24,412 nucleotides of DNA from Planctomycetota bacterium (lineage in GTDB: Bacteria; Planctomycetota; Planctomycetia; Pirellulales; Lacipirellulaceae): assembly GCA_039190745.1 (NCBI GenBank), contig JBCCXZ010000058.1, forward strand, positions 1 through 24,412, read 5' to 3'. Below the pieces are notes generated by a model. That model searched no databases. It was not told the DNA's origin and saw only the letters and a program-made list of their open reading frames with translations. A program made the translations under genes and the position numbers. The number at the start of each line of letters is the position of its first letter. The stretch's first letter is position 1. Below are positions 1 to 7,958 of this stretch, in pieces.

Positions 1-39
1 GTGACGACCGTGCTGGCTCTGCTGTTCGTGCCCCGCTAA
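1..39 (+). CDS. 3' end of an upstream membrane protein (partial), possibly another A24-type peptidase of the Tad locus
   Basis: Frame 1 reads VTTVLALLFVPR then TAA (37-39): a hydrophobic C-terminus with GC-rich codon usage, co-oriented with the Tad cluster. Twelve residues cannot establish identity. Confidence 0.45.
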   Translation: MTTVLALLFVPR

Positions 40-168
40 GGGTTCGGGCGGCGCCAGCGCGGGTTGCGGTCGGCGGAGCGGCAAGACCAACAACCACACG
101 GTGCGCGCCGCGGTCGCCAGGAGTCGGCCACGGCGGGGCGCCGGCGCCACGTACCGGAACCACGATCG

Positions 169-744
169 ATGAGCGACTCGACCGAACTCTTGAGCTGGCT
201 AGCGGACACCTGGCACGTCTGGGTCGTGACGATCACGCTGATCGTCGCGGCGGTGATCGACGGCCTGCAACTCAAGGTGCCCAACTGGATCACCTTCCCC
301 ATGATCGTCACCGGCTGGGTCTACAGCGCAACGCTGTCGCCGTACCCCGGCTGGGAGGGGCTGATGTACAGCCTGCTCGGCACGGCGGTTGGCCTGGCCC
401 TGCTGCTGCCGCTGTACGCGATCGGCGGCATGGGCGCCGGCGACGTGAAGCTGATGGCCGGCGTCGGCGCCTGGATGTGGGCCACCGTCACGGTGTGGGC
501 CTTCGGCGTCTCCGCCGTGGTGGGCGGCGTTCTTGCCGTCGGCATGGTCCTCTGGACCAACACCTGGGCCAAGCACCAGAACCAGTTCTGGATGATCCTC
601 AACGAAATCACCACGGTGAAAGACCCCGAGAAGCTGGCCGAGATCGCCGCCGAGCGCAAGCCGCGGATGTTCCTGCTGCCCTACGGGATCCCCATTGCCA
701 TCGGCTCGATCGCGTACTTCGCGTGGTTCGGGATGCGTGTCTAG
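169..744 (+). CDS. cpaA: Prepilin peptidase, A24 family (CpaA/TadV-like)
   Basis: Polytopic membrane protein with both catalytic Asp motifs (AAVIDG..KVPN and GGMGAGDVKL) and C-terminal LPYGIPIA. Start moved to ATG 169 because the 64-168 extension of the ORF call is Arg-rich and not protein-like. Confidence 0.92.
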   Translation: MSDSTELLSWLADTWHVWVVTITLIVAAVIDGLQLKVPNWITFPMIVTGWVYSATLSPYPGWEGLMYSLLGTAVGLALLLPLYAIGGMGAGDVKLMAGVGAWMWATVTVWAFGVSAVVGGVLAVGMVLWTNTWAKHQNQFWMILNEITTVKDPEKLAEIAAERKPRMFLLPYGIPIAIGSIAYFAWFGMRV

Positions 745-753
745 CGTGCTAGC

Positions 754-789
754 GGCACGGGCGGGGAGCAGCGGCTCTCCCGTCCTGCC
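754..789. other. GC-rich imperfect hairpin downstream of cpaA
   Basis: ggcacgggcggggagc-agcg-gctctcccgtcctgcc can pair with two bulges. There is no clear U-tract, so it is not a classical intrinsic terminator. Confidence 0.4.
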
Positions 790-914
790 CGATTTGTCTG
801 GACGGCTTGTATCGGAGATGCCGAAGAAAGCGACAAGGCGTGCCGGACCGTATCGGGCGCGTCTGCCGATCGAGCTGAATCGTCGAAATACTTAGCTCAT
901 GCCGGGGGGGTGTG

Positions 915-1946
915 ATGCGGCCTAAATCCTTAATTTTGTTAGCGCTCGCGTTGGGCTGCGGCCTCGTGGCGTCGATTGGCATCAGCCAGGTGCTGGACGG
1001 CCAGGAACGCGTCTCGGTCGAGACCGTACCGATCTACGTCGCGCTGACGAACATCAATCTGGGCGACCCCGTGGACGACACGGTAGTGGCGCTGCAGGAG
1101 TGGCCCAAAGACAAGGTGCCCGCCGGGGCGATCTCCCGTTGGGAAGACCTCGAATCCCGCCGCCCCAGGGCGGTGATCTTCCAGGGCGAGCCCATCATGG
1201 AGGGCAAGCTGCTCGGCAAAGGCGAAACCCACGACCCCATCCGGGCGATCCCCGACAACATGCGGCTAAAGACCGTTTCGGTCGACGCCCGCAAGAGCGC
1301 GGCCGGGCTCCTCAGCCCCGGCGACCGGGTCGACGTGCAGCTGTTCGTCAACCGGAACCCGCAGCAGAACATCGACTACCCGATGACGCGGATCATCCTG
1401 CAGAACGTGCGGGTGTTTGCGGTCGACCAGTCGGTGCAGCGGACGGGCGACGGGGCCGAGGCCCGCACGATCGCAAAGACCGTCTCGCTCATCGTCACGC
1501 CGCAGCAGGCGAACAAGATTACCACCGCCGAGAATCTGGGCGAGATCAGCCTGATCCCCCGGAACCCAGACGACGAGCGGATCGTCGACGATTCGGAGCA
1601 GACCACCGAAGACCTCTTCGGCCGGAGCGAGTCGAACAGTCGTGAGGCAGAGCAGGGCGAGAGCGAGGACACGCAGAGCCTGACCGACGCGATCGCCAAC
1701 GCGGTCGTCGAAGAGGTGATGCCGGAGCCGGACCCGCCGTTCACGATGAAGATTTTCTACCCGAACGAGGTGCAGGAGCTCGACTTCGCGCCGGATACGG
1801 GCGAGCCGCTGGACGACCCCGATGAGCACCGCTACGGCGGCACAGGTTCAGGGGACGATTACGTGGGCGACTCGTCGGTCGACCTGGAAGAACTGCAGGA
1901 CGAGCTGGCAGAAGACGACTTCCCGATTGATTTTGAGGAAGAGTGA
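915..1946 (+). CDS. cpaB: Flp pilus assembly protein CpaB/RcpC with acidic C-terminal extension
   Basis: N-terminal membrane anchor (LILLALALGCGLVA), SAF-like region (VALTNINLGD..QEWP..VPAGA), RcpC motifs AGLLSPGDRVDV, IILQNVRVFAVDQ and VSLIVTPQQA. Lies directly before the secretin. Start is GTG 912 or ATG 915. Confidence 0.93.
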   Translation: MRPKSLILLALALGCGLVASIGISQVLDGQERVSVETVPIYVALTNINLGDPVDDTVVALQEWPKDKVPAGAISRWEDLESRRPRAVIFQGEPIMEGKLLGKGETHDPIRAIPDNMRLKTVSVDARKSAAGLLSPGDRVDVQLFVNRNPQQNIDYPMTRIILQNVRVFAVDQSVQRTGDGAEARTIAKTVSLIVTPQQANKITTAENLGEISLIPRNPDDERIVDDSEQTTEDLFGRSESNSREAEQGESEDTQSLTDAIANAVVEEVMPEPDPPFTMKIFYPNEVQELDFAPDTGEPLDDPDEHRYGGTGSGDDYVGDSSVDLEELQDELAEDDFPIDFEEE

Positions 1947-1964
1947 CACGACACAATCGCGGCG

Positions 1965-2035
1965 GTAAGTGGGCTCTCCGAGCTAGTTTCCGCATCGCGA
2001 TAACAACCGTTATCGGCCTCGGAGAGGCCTGCTAC
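1965..2035. repeat. REP doublet (REPIN-like) element, copy A
   Basis: Reverse complement is GTAG-CAGGCCTCTCCGAGGCC...GCTCGGAGAGCCCAC-TTAC: two inverted imperfect palindromes. Aligns without gaps to 15530-15600 (51/71 identical by hand count). Confidence 0.8.
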
Positions 2036-2042
2036 AAAAGGT

Positions 2043-2088
2043 CTTGAGAGAGTCGGAGACCTTGAGTGAGTCGGAGACAGAGTCAGAG
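2043..2088. repeat. 18-bp tandem repeat (two copies plus a partial third)
   Basis: cttgagagagtcggagac (2043-2060) and cttgagtgagtcggagac (2061-2078) match at 17/18, followed by agagtcagag. Confidence 0.75.
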
Positions 2089-2245
2089 GGGGCGACACGC
2101 GAGTGGCGCCGTAGGGAGTACGAGAGGGCAAGCGGCGTCGGGGCGGGGCAGGGAAGTCCACGCCGCGAGACGCTGTTCGGGCTGAGCGAGCGGGGGGCGC
2201 CCGCCGGCCGCAATAACTCGCAATCTACGCGAAGGAAGTACAAGG

Positions 2246-4072
2246 ATGTACGCACGCCACGCTTATCCGCACGCGGCCGCCGGCCGCCTATCGGCGCTGA
2301 TCTCGGCGGTTTGCCTGACCGCTTGCTTGCTGCCGCAGGCCTCATTGGCGCAGACCCCGCCCTCGGTGATCCGCAACATCACCCAAGCCAACGAGCGGGT
2401 GGAGTTGACCGTCAACACCAGCAAGCTTCTCACGCTCGAGAAGCGCATCCCCAAGATGGTGGTCAACAACCCCGAGCTGGTGACGGTGACGGCCTTGTCC
2501 GCCAACCAGATCATGCTTGCGGCCACCAAGCCGGGCGTCACGCAGGTGAACCTGTGGGACGAGGAGGGCAACGTCTTCGCCGTGGACGTCGTCATTTACG
2601 GCGACGTGCAGGAGCTCACCATGGCCCTGAAGCGGCTCTTCCCCGAGTCGTCGGTGAAGGTGATGCGGCTCTCAAACAGCCTCGTACTTGAAGGCTTTGT
2701 CGAGCGGCCCGAGGCGGTCAGCCCGATTATCCGACTAGCGGAAGACTACGCCCCGAAGGTGGTGAATAACATCGTCGTAGGCGGCGTGCAGCAGGTGATG
2801 CTGAAAGTGAAGGTGATGGAGGTCTCGCGCACGAAGCTGAGGCGCCTCGGTTTTGACTTCGCTCAGTTCAGCAGCGGCGGCGGCTTTGTCGCGTCGAGTA
2901 TCTCGGGCCTGATCTCGTCGTTCGATTCGGCGTCGCAGGCCGTGACCACAAGCGGCGAGACGGTCGCCTTCGGGGTAGTCGACGGCGGAGACTCGTTCTT
3001 CGGGTTCCTCGACGCCCTACAGCGGAACAACGTAGCCAAGATCCTGGCCGACCCGACCATCACTGCAGTCAGCGGCCGGCCAGCGAATTTCAACGTCGGC
3101 GGCGAGCTGCCGATCATCATCCCGTCCGGTATCGGGCAAACCACTATCGAGTACAAGCCGTTTGGTACGCAGGTCGACTTTGTGCCTATCGTGTTGGGCA
3201 ACGGCAAGGTCCGCCTGGAAGTCCGTCCTCGTATTAGCAGTATCGACGATACGCTCAGCGTAAACATCGACGAGTTCAGCGTCCCGGCCCTGACGGTGCG
3301 TCAGGTCGATACGGCGGTCGAGCTGCGCTGCGGCCAGACTCTGGCGCTTGCCGGTTTGGTGCAGACGCGGGTCGACGCAGAGGAGCGGGGTATCCCGTTC
3401 CTGGCCGACCTGCCGCTGGTGGGCGCCGCTTTCCGCAGCGTGGAAGAGGAAGTTAATGAGATCGAGTTGCTGATCCTCGTGACCCCCGAGTTCGCCGACG
3501 GCCTGGAGCCGCACGAGGTGCCGCCCTGCGGGCCCGGGATGGAATCGATTTCTCCGAGCAACTGCGACCTCTACGTAGGCGGTCACCTGGAAGTGCCGGC
3601 CCCGGGGCCCTGCGGCCCGGGCTGTGCCCCCGGCTGCTATGGCAAGCCCTACCAGCAGCCGCCGCTCAACGAGTCTGCAATGGGCATGGGGCCGCAAGGC
3701 GGTGCGGCCGGTCCCGTGATGGTGACCGACGGCTACGCGACGCCGATGGAACTGCCCCCGCAGCCGTCCGCGGGTTCGGGCCAACCGGCAATGAACCAGC
3801 CGCAGCTGAGTCCCTCGCAGGGTGCCCGGCCCACCATCATCGAGCAGGAGCAGTTGCTCCCCAGCGGCCCGTCGATCCCGGACACCGTGCCGTCGGCCGA
3901 CCCCGCTGCGTCGGGCCCGTCACCGCTGACCGTCCCGGTTGTGGCCAGGGCCCCTCAGGCGGGAGGCGCTTCGTGGAAACCGCACGTGGGGGCTGTGCCA
4001 ACGGCGCCGGCAAGGCGAACAACCAGTACGCCCGGATTGATCGGCCCAATCGGCTACGACGTCGAAAAATAA
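2246..4072 (+). CDS. cpaC: Flp pilus secretin CpaC/RcpA with Cys- and Pro-rich C-terminal tail
   Basis: Signal peptide (..ASLA|Q), pilus-formation N-domain (VELTVNTSKLL..VNNPELV..ATKPGVTQVNLWD), BON-like segment, and secretin core (QQVMLKVKVMEV, ILADPTITAVSGRPANFNVGGELP, GIPFLADLPLVGAAF, ELLILVTP). Confidence 0.95.
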   Translation: MYARHAYPHAAAGRLSALISAVCLTACLLPQASLAQTPPSVIRNITQANERVELTVNTSKLLTLEKRIPKMVVNNPELVTVTALSANQIMLAATKPGVTQVNLWDEEGNVFAVDVVIYGDVQELTMALKRLFPESSVKVMRLSNSLVLEGFVERPEAVSPIIRLAEDYAPKVVNNIVVGGVQQVMLKVKVMEVSRTKLRRLGFDFAQFSSGGGFVASSISGLISSFDSASQAVTTSGETVAFGVVDGGDSFFGFLDALQRNNVAKILADPTITAVSGRPANFNVGGELPIIIPSGIGQTTIEYKPFGTQVDFVPIVLGNGKVRLEVRPRISSIDDTLSVNIDEFSVPALTVRQVDTAVELRCGQTLALAGLVQTRVDAEERGIPFLADLPLVGAAFRSVEEEVNEIELLILVTPEFADGLEPHEVPPCGPGMESISPSNCDLYVGGHLEVPAPGPCGPGCAPGCYGKPYQQPPLNESAMGMGPQGGAAGPVMVTDGYATPMELPPQPSAGSGQPAMNQPQLSPSQGARPTIIEQEQLLPSGPSIPDTVPSADPAASGPSPLTVPVVARAPQAGGASWKPHVGAVPTAPARRTTSTPGLIGPIGYDVEK

Positions 4073-4107
4073 GCTAGGCTATCGCGGAGCCGAGTGGGAG
4101 AAGACCG

Positions 4108-4127
4108 GTAAGAGGCCTTTCGAGGCC
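4108..4127 (+). repeat. Degenerate single REP-like palindrome
   Basis: gtaagaggcctttcgaggcc resembles the REP unit gtrg(g/c)aggcctct(c/t)gaggcc with a 1-nt deletion; intergenic between cpaC and cpaE. Confidence 0.45.
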
Positions 4128-4206
4128 CCGCCGTCCGCCGTCTCCGCAGAGATACGTTCCCAGCGCCGACGACCCTGCGCCGAAGACCTAGCCCACACGA
4201 CTGACC

Positions 4207-5409
4207 ATGGCCGCCTCGCTCCGCATCGCCGTCGTTGATCCGAACGACGCGACGAGGGAAAACACGAAGGAGGTGATCCTCGGTCTCGAGACCGTTTACC
4301 TCGAGGCCGAGTGCTCGCACTACGAGTTCTTCCCGGACGTGCTCGAGCAGACCATGCCGGACATCGGCTTGGTGTCGATGGACAGCGACCCCGCCGCGGC
4401 GATCGAACTGGTCAGCCAGGTCAGTGCGAAGTACCCGAGCTGCGTGATCCTGGTTTCGAGCAGCTCGACCGACGGTCGGGTGATTCTCGATTCGATGCGG
4501 GCCGGGGCCAAGGAGTACCTGACCGAGCCCCTGAAGCAGGAAGACCTCGCCACCGCCATGCAGCGAGTGCGGCGGATGAAGGGGGGCGGATCGGAGACGG
4601 GGCCGAAGGGCTCGACGGTGATCAGCGTCGCCGGCGCAACTGGCGGAGTGGGGAGCTCCAGCGTCGCGGTAAACCTCGCCTGTGCGTTGGCGGCGGACCC
4701 CGACAACTCGGTTGTGCTGATCGACCTGGATATGGCACTGGGCGACGCGGACGTGTTCCTCGACACGATCCCCGAGTACACCCTCGCCGACGTCGCACAG
4801 AACATCTCGCGGCTCGACCTGACGCTGCTCAAGAAGTCGCTCACCAAGCACTCCTCCGGCCTGCACCTGCTGCCCAGGCCCGTGCAGCTGGAAGACGCCA
4901 ACCTGGTGACGTCCGACGGGCTGCAGCGCGTGATCGGCCTGCTAAAGACCAGCTTCTCGCACGTGGTGATCGATACGTCGAAGGGCTTCAACGCGCTGGA
5001 CATCCTTGCCCTGCAGTCCTCGGACGCGGTGCTGATGGTCACACAGCTCGACCTGCCGTGCCTGCGGAACGTCGTGCGGCTCATGATGACCTTCGGGAGC
5101 GACGAGTCGTTGGGCGACAAGGTGAAGATCGTTGTGAACCGGGTCGGCCAAGACAGCGGTCAGATCAGCCTGAAGAAGGCGCAGGAAACGATCGGCCGGG
5201 AGATCTACTGGCAGGTCCCCAACGACTACCGGGTGATGGTCGAGGTGCGGAACAACGGCGTGCCGTTGCTGGAGCACTCGCCGAAGGCCCCGATCACGCA
5301 GTCGATCGGCCAGCTGGCTCTCGCGGTCTGCGGCGTCGAGGCGTCTGAGGACGCCGAGGGCGGCGACACGAAGAGCCGTCGTTGGCTCAATCTCTGGCCG
5401 GCGAAGTAG
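4207..5409 (+). CDS. cpaE: CpaE/TadZ: atypical receiver domain plus MinD/ParA-like domain
   Basis: N-terminal REC-like domain (IAVVD...SMRAGAKEYLTEP), deviant P-loop GATGGVGSS-VAVNLA, and VVLIDLD, VVIDT and IVVNR motifs. Canonical position before cpaF. Confidence 0.92.
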   Translation: MAASLRIAVVDPNDATRENTKEVILGLETVYLEAECSHYEFFPDVLEQTMPDIGLVSMDSDPAAAIELVSQVSAKYPSCVILVSSSSTDGRVILDSMRAGAKEYLTEPLKQEDLATAMQRVRRMKGGGSETGPKGSTVISVAGATGGVGSSSVAVNLACALAADPDNSVVLIDLDMALGDADVFLDTIPEYTLADVAQNISRLDLTLLKKSLTKHSSGLHLLPRPVQLEDANLVTSDGLQRVIGLLKTSFSHVVIDTSKGFNALDILALQSSDAVLMVTQLDLPCLRNVVRLMMTFGSDESLGDKVKIVVNRVGQDSGQISLKKAQETIGREIYWQVPNDYRVMVEVRNNGVPLLEHSPKAPITQSIGQLALAVCGVEASEDAEGGDTKSRRWLNLWPAK

Positions 5410-5635
5410 GCCGGTCTACAACCGGGCCCGGTTCGCGGTCCCGTTAACCGGTGCAACCGTCAGGGTCCGCCACCCTCTTGCGGAGTTGTCCAAGCCCGGG
5501 TCCGGGAGGGCAGTAGCCGCTGCTTCCTGAGCTATGTTTGGTTGGCCCCGCCCTACCGGCCCGATTTGTGCCGGCGGTGCGGGGGTTGCCGATCACTAGC
5601 GCCGCCCCAGTGCGCCCTCCGGAGCAGAGTCACCC

Positions 5636-6958
5636 ATGAGCACGCTTGCCTCCAACCCCGCCGAACAGGGCCAGGACCGCGAAGCCGAGTTCGAGAAGCT
5701 CAAGCAGTCGATCCACTCGAAGCTGGTCGACAAGCTCGACCTCTCGCACGTCGGAGAGCTGAAGGGCGACGTCCTGCGCCGCGAGATCCGCCTGGTCGTC
5801 GAGCACCTGTGCGACACCGAGAGCACGTTCCTCAACCGCCAGGAACGCGAGCGGCTTGTCGAAGAGGTGCTCGACGAGACCTTCGGCCTCGGCCCGCTCG
5901 AGATGCTGCTGAAGGACCCGAAGATCAGCGAAATCATGATCAACGGGCCGAAGAGCGTGTATGTCGAAAACTCCGGCAAGCTGCAGAAGACCGGCGTGCA
6001 GTTCCGGGACGACAAGCACCTGCTGCAGATCATCGACCGGATCGTCTCGAAGGTCGGCCGCCGCGTGGACGAGGTCTGCCCGATGGTCGACGCCCGCCTG
6101 CCGGACGGCTCGCGTGTGAACGCGATCATCCCGCCGCTGGCGCTCGACGGCTCAAGCGTCACCATCCGGCGGTTCGGGTCGAACCCGCTGAAGCTGGAAG
6201 ACCTGCTCCGCTTCAAGAGCTTCACCCCCGAGATGGTGATGCTGCTGGAAGGGGCGATGAAGGCCAAGCTGAACATCATCATCTCCGGCGGTACCGGCTC
6301 GGGCAAAACAACGTTGCTCAACACGCTGTCGAGCTTCATCTCGAACGAAGACCGCATCGTGACGATCGAGGACGCGGCCGAGCTGCAGATCCAGCAGGAC
6401 CACATCGTGCGGCTGGAGACCCGGCCGCCGAACATCGAGGGCAAGGGCAAGATCTCGGCCACCGACCTGGTGCGGAACTCGCTGCGTATGCGGCCGGACC
6501 GGATCATCATCGGCGAGTGCCGCGGACCCGAGACGCTCGACATGCTCCAGGCCATGAACACCGGCCACGAGGGTTCGCTGACAACCTGCCACGCGAACAC
6601 GCCGCGTGACGCGATCGCCCGCTTGGAAACAATGATCATGATGGCCGGCTTCGAGATGCCGATCCGCGCGATGCGGACGCAGATCGCCAGCGCCGTCGAC
6701 CTGATCGTGCAGGTGAACCGCCTCTCCGGCGGGCCCCGCAAGGTGACCGCGATCACCGAGGTGCTCGGCATGGAGCAGGACACGATCGTCATGCAAGACA
6801 TCTTCAAGTATGTCCAGGAAGGCGTGAACGAGGACGGCAAGGCGGAGGGCAACTTTGTCTCCACCGGCATCCGTCCAACCTTTATCCCCCGGCTGGAGTC
6901 GCACGGCATCCGCCTGCCGGCGAGTGCCTTCCGCGAACGGGTCATGCTGCGGGACTAG
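5636..6958 (+). CDS. cpaF: Tad secretion ATPase CpaF/TadA
   Basis: GLGPLE, PMVDARLPDGSRVNA, Walker A GGTGSGKTT, TIEDAAEL, LRMRPDRIIIGECRG, His box AMNTGHEGS..TCHAN. Confidence 0.97.
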   Translation: MSTLASNPAEQGQDREAEFEKLKQSIHSKLVDKLDLSHVGELKGDVLRREIRLVVEHLCDTESTFLNRQERERLVEEVLDETFGLGPLEMLLKDPKISEIMINGPKSVYVENSGKLQKTGVQFRDDKHLLQIIDRIVSKVGRRVDEVCPMVDARLPDGSRVNAIIPPLALDGSSVTIRRFGSNPLKLEDLLRFKSFTPEMVMLLEGAMKAKLNIIISGGTGSGKTTLLNTLSSFISNEDRIVTIEDAAELQIQQDHIVRLETRPPNIEGKGKISATDLVRNSLRMRPDRIIIGECRGPETLDMLQAMNTGHEGSLTTCHANTPRDAIARLETMIMMAGFEMPIRAMRTQIASAVDLIVQVNRLSGGPRKVTAITEVLGMEQDTIVMQDIFKYVQEGVNEDGKAEGNFVSTGIRPTFIPRLESHGIRLPASAFRERVMLRD

Positions 6959-6988
6959 CCGCCGAGCCACTGCGAACGAGAGACCGAT

Positions 6989-7957
6989 ATGGACCCCATG
7001 ATTCTGATCATCGGCGCTGCGTTTGTCGGCGTGGCAACGCTGGTGTTCGCCCTGGCGTCGCTGCTGCGAGACCGGTCGCAGTCGCAGATGGAAGACCGTC
7101 TGAGCCAGCTCACCGGCAAAGGCGAGAAGGGCGACGGCTCAAGCCTCTCTGAGGTTGCTTCGCTCATGGCGAAGCAGCGTGAGGGCGGCAGCGCGCTGGA
7201 GAAGAAGCTCGCCCAGATGTTCAACCTGACGCTGCTCTTCGAGCAGGCGCGGGTCGACATGTCGGTGGCGACGTTCCTTGGCCTGTGCGGCGGGATCGGC
7301 GCCGCGGCGGCGTTCGCGTCCGGCTTCGCCGGGCTGAGCCCCGCGTTCACGCCGATCGTCGGGATCGCGTTCTCGTTCCTGCCGTTCGGGTGGTTGATCT
7401 TCAAGCGGAAGCACCGGCTCGGCAAGTTCGCCGCGCAGCTCGCCGAGGCGTTGGAACTGGTCGCCCGGGCGTTGCGTGCCGGGCACAGCCTCGCGGCCGG
7501 TTTCCAGCTGGTGGGGCACGAGATGTCCGACCCCATCGCCGAAGAGTTCAACCGCGTGTTCGAGGAGCAGAACCTTGGTATCCCGTTCGAGGAAGCGCTC
7601 GACAACCTCACCGAACGCGTCCCGAACCTCGACCTCAAGTTTTTCGTCACCGCGGTGATCCTGCAGCGACAAACGGGCGGCGACCTCGCCGAGATCCTGG
7701 ACAAGATCGGCTACCTGATCCGCGAGCGGTTCAAGATCTGGGGCCAGGTCCAGGCGCTGACCGGCGAGGGCCGGATCTCAGGCGTTGTGCTGCTGGCGCT
7801 GCCGCCGGCTTTGTTTGTGGCCGTGTACCGCATGAACCCCGACTACCTGATGCTGCTGTTCACCGACGAGCTGGGCAAGAAGATGCTCGTCGGCGGCGTC
7901 GTGATGCAGCTGTTCGGGGCGTTGGTGATCCGCAAGATTGTGAACATCCGGGTCTGA
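6989..7957 (+). CDS. tadB: Inner-membrane platform protein TadB (T2SS-F domain)
   Basis: QLAEALELVARALRAGHS, QRQTGGDLAEIL and QALTGEGR motifs; several TM segments; follows cpaF. Confidence 0.94.
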   Translation: MDPMILIIGAAFVGVATLVFALASLLRDRSQSQMEDRLSQLTGKGEKGDGSSLSEVASLMAKQREGGSALEKKLAQMFNLTLLFEQARVDMSVATFLGLCGGIGAAAAFASGFAGLSPAFTPIVGIAFSFLPFGWLIFKRKHRLGKFAAQLAEALELVARALRAGHSLAAGFQLVGHEMSDPIAEEFNRVFEEQNLGIPFEEALDNLTERVPNLDLKFFVTAVILQRQTGGDLAEILDKIGYLIRERFKIWGQVQALTGEGRISGVVLLALPPALFVAVYRMNPDYLMLLFTDELGKKMLVGGVVMQLFGALVIRKIVNIRV

Positions 7958-7958
7958 C

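Noticed and set aside
2043..2088. Possible CRISPR array
   Set aside because: The units are directly adjacent with no spacers, there are only two full copies, and there are no cas genes.
5420..5433. Perfect 14-bp palindrome aaccgggcccggtt after the cpaE stop, with nearby caaccg words
   Set aside because: Short, GC-rich and without a U-tract; cannot be distinguished from chance or assigned a function.
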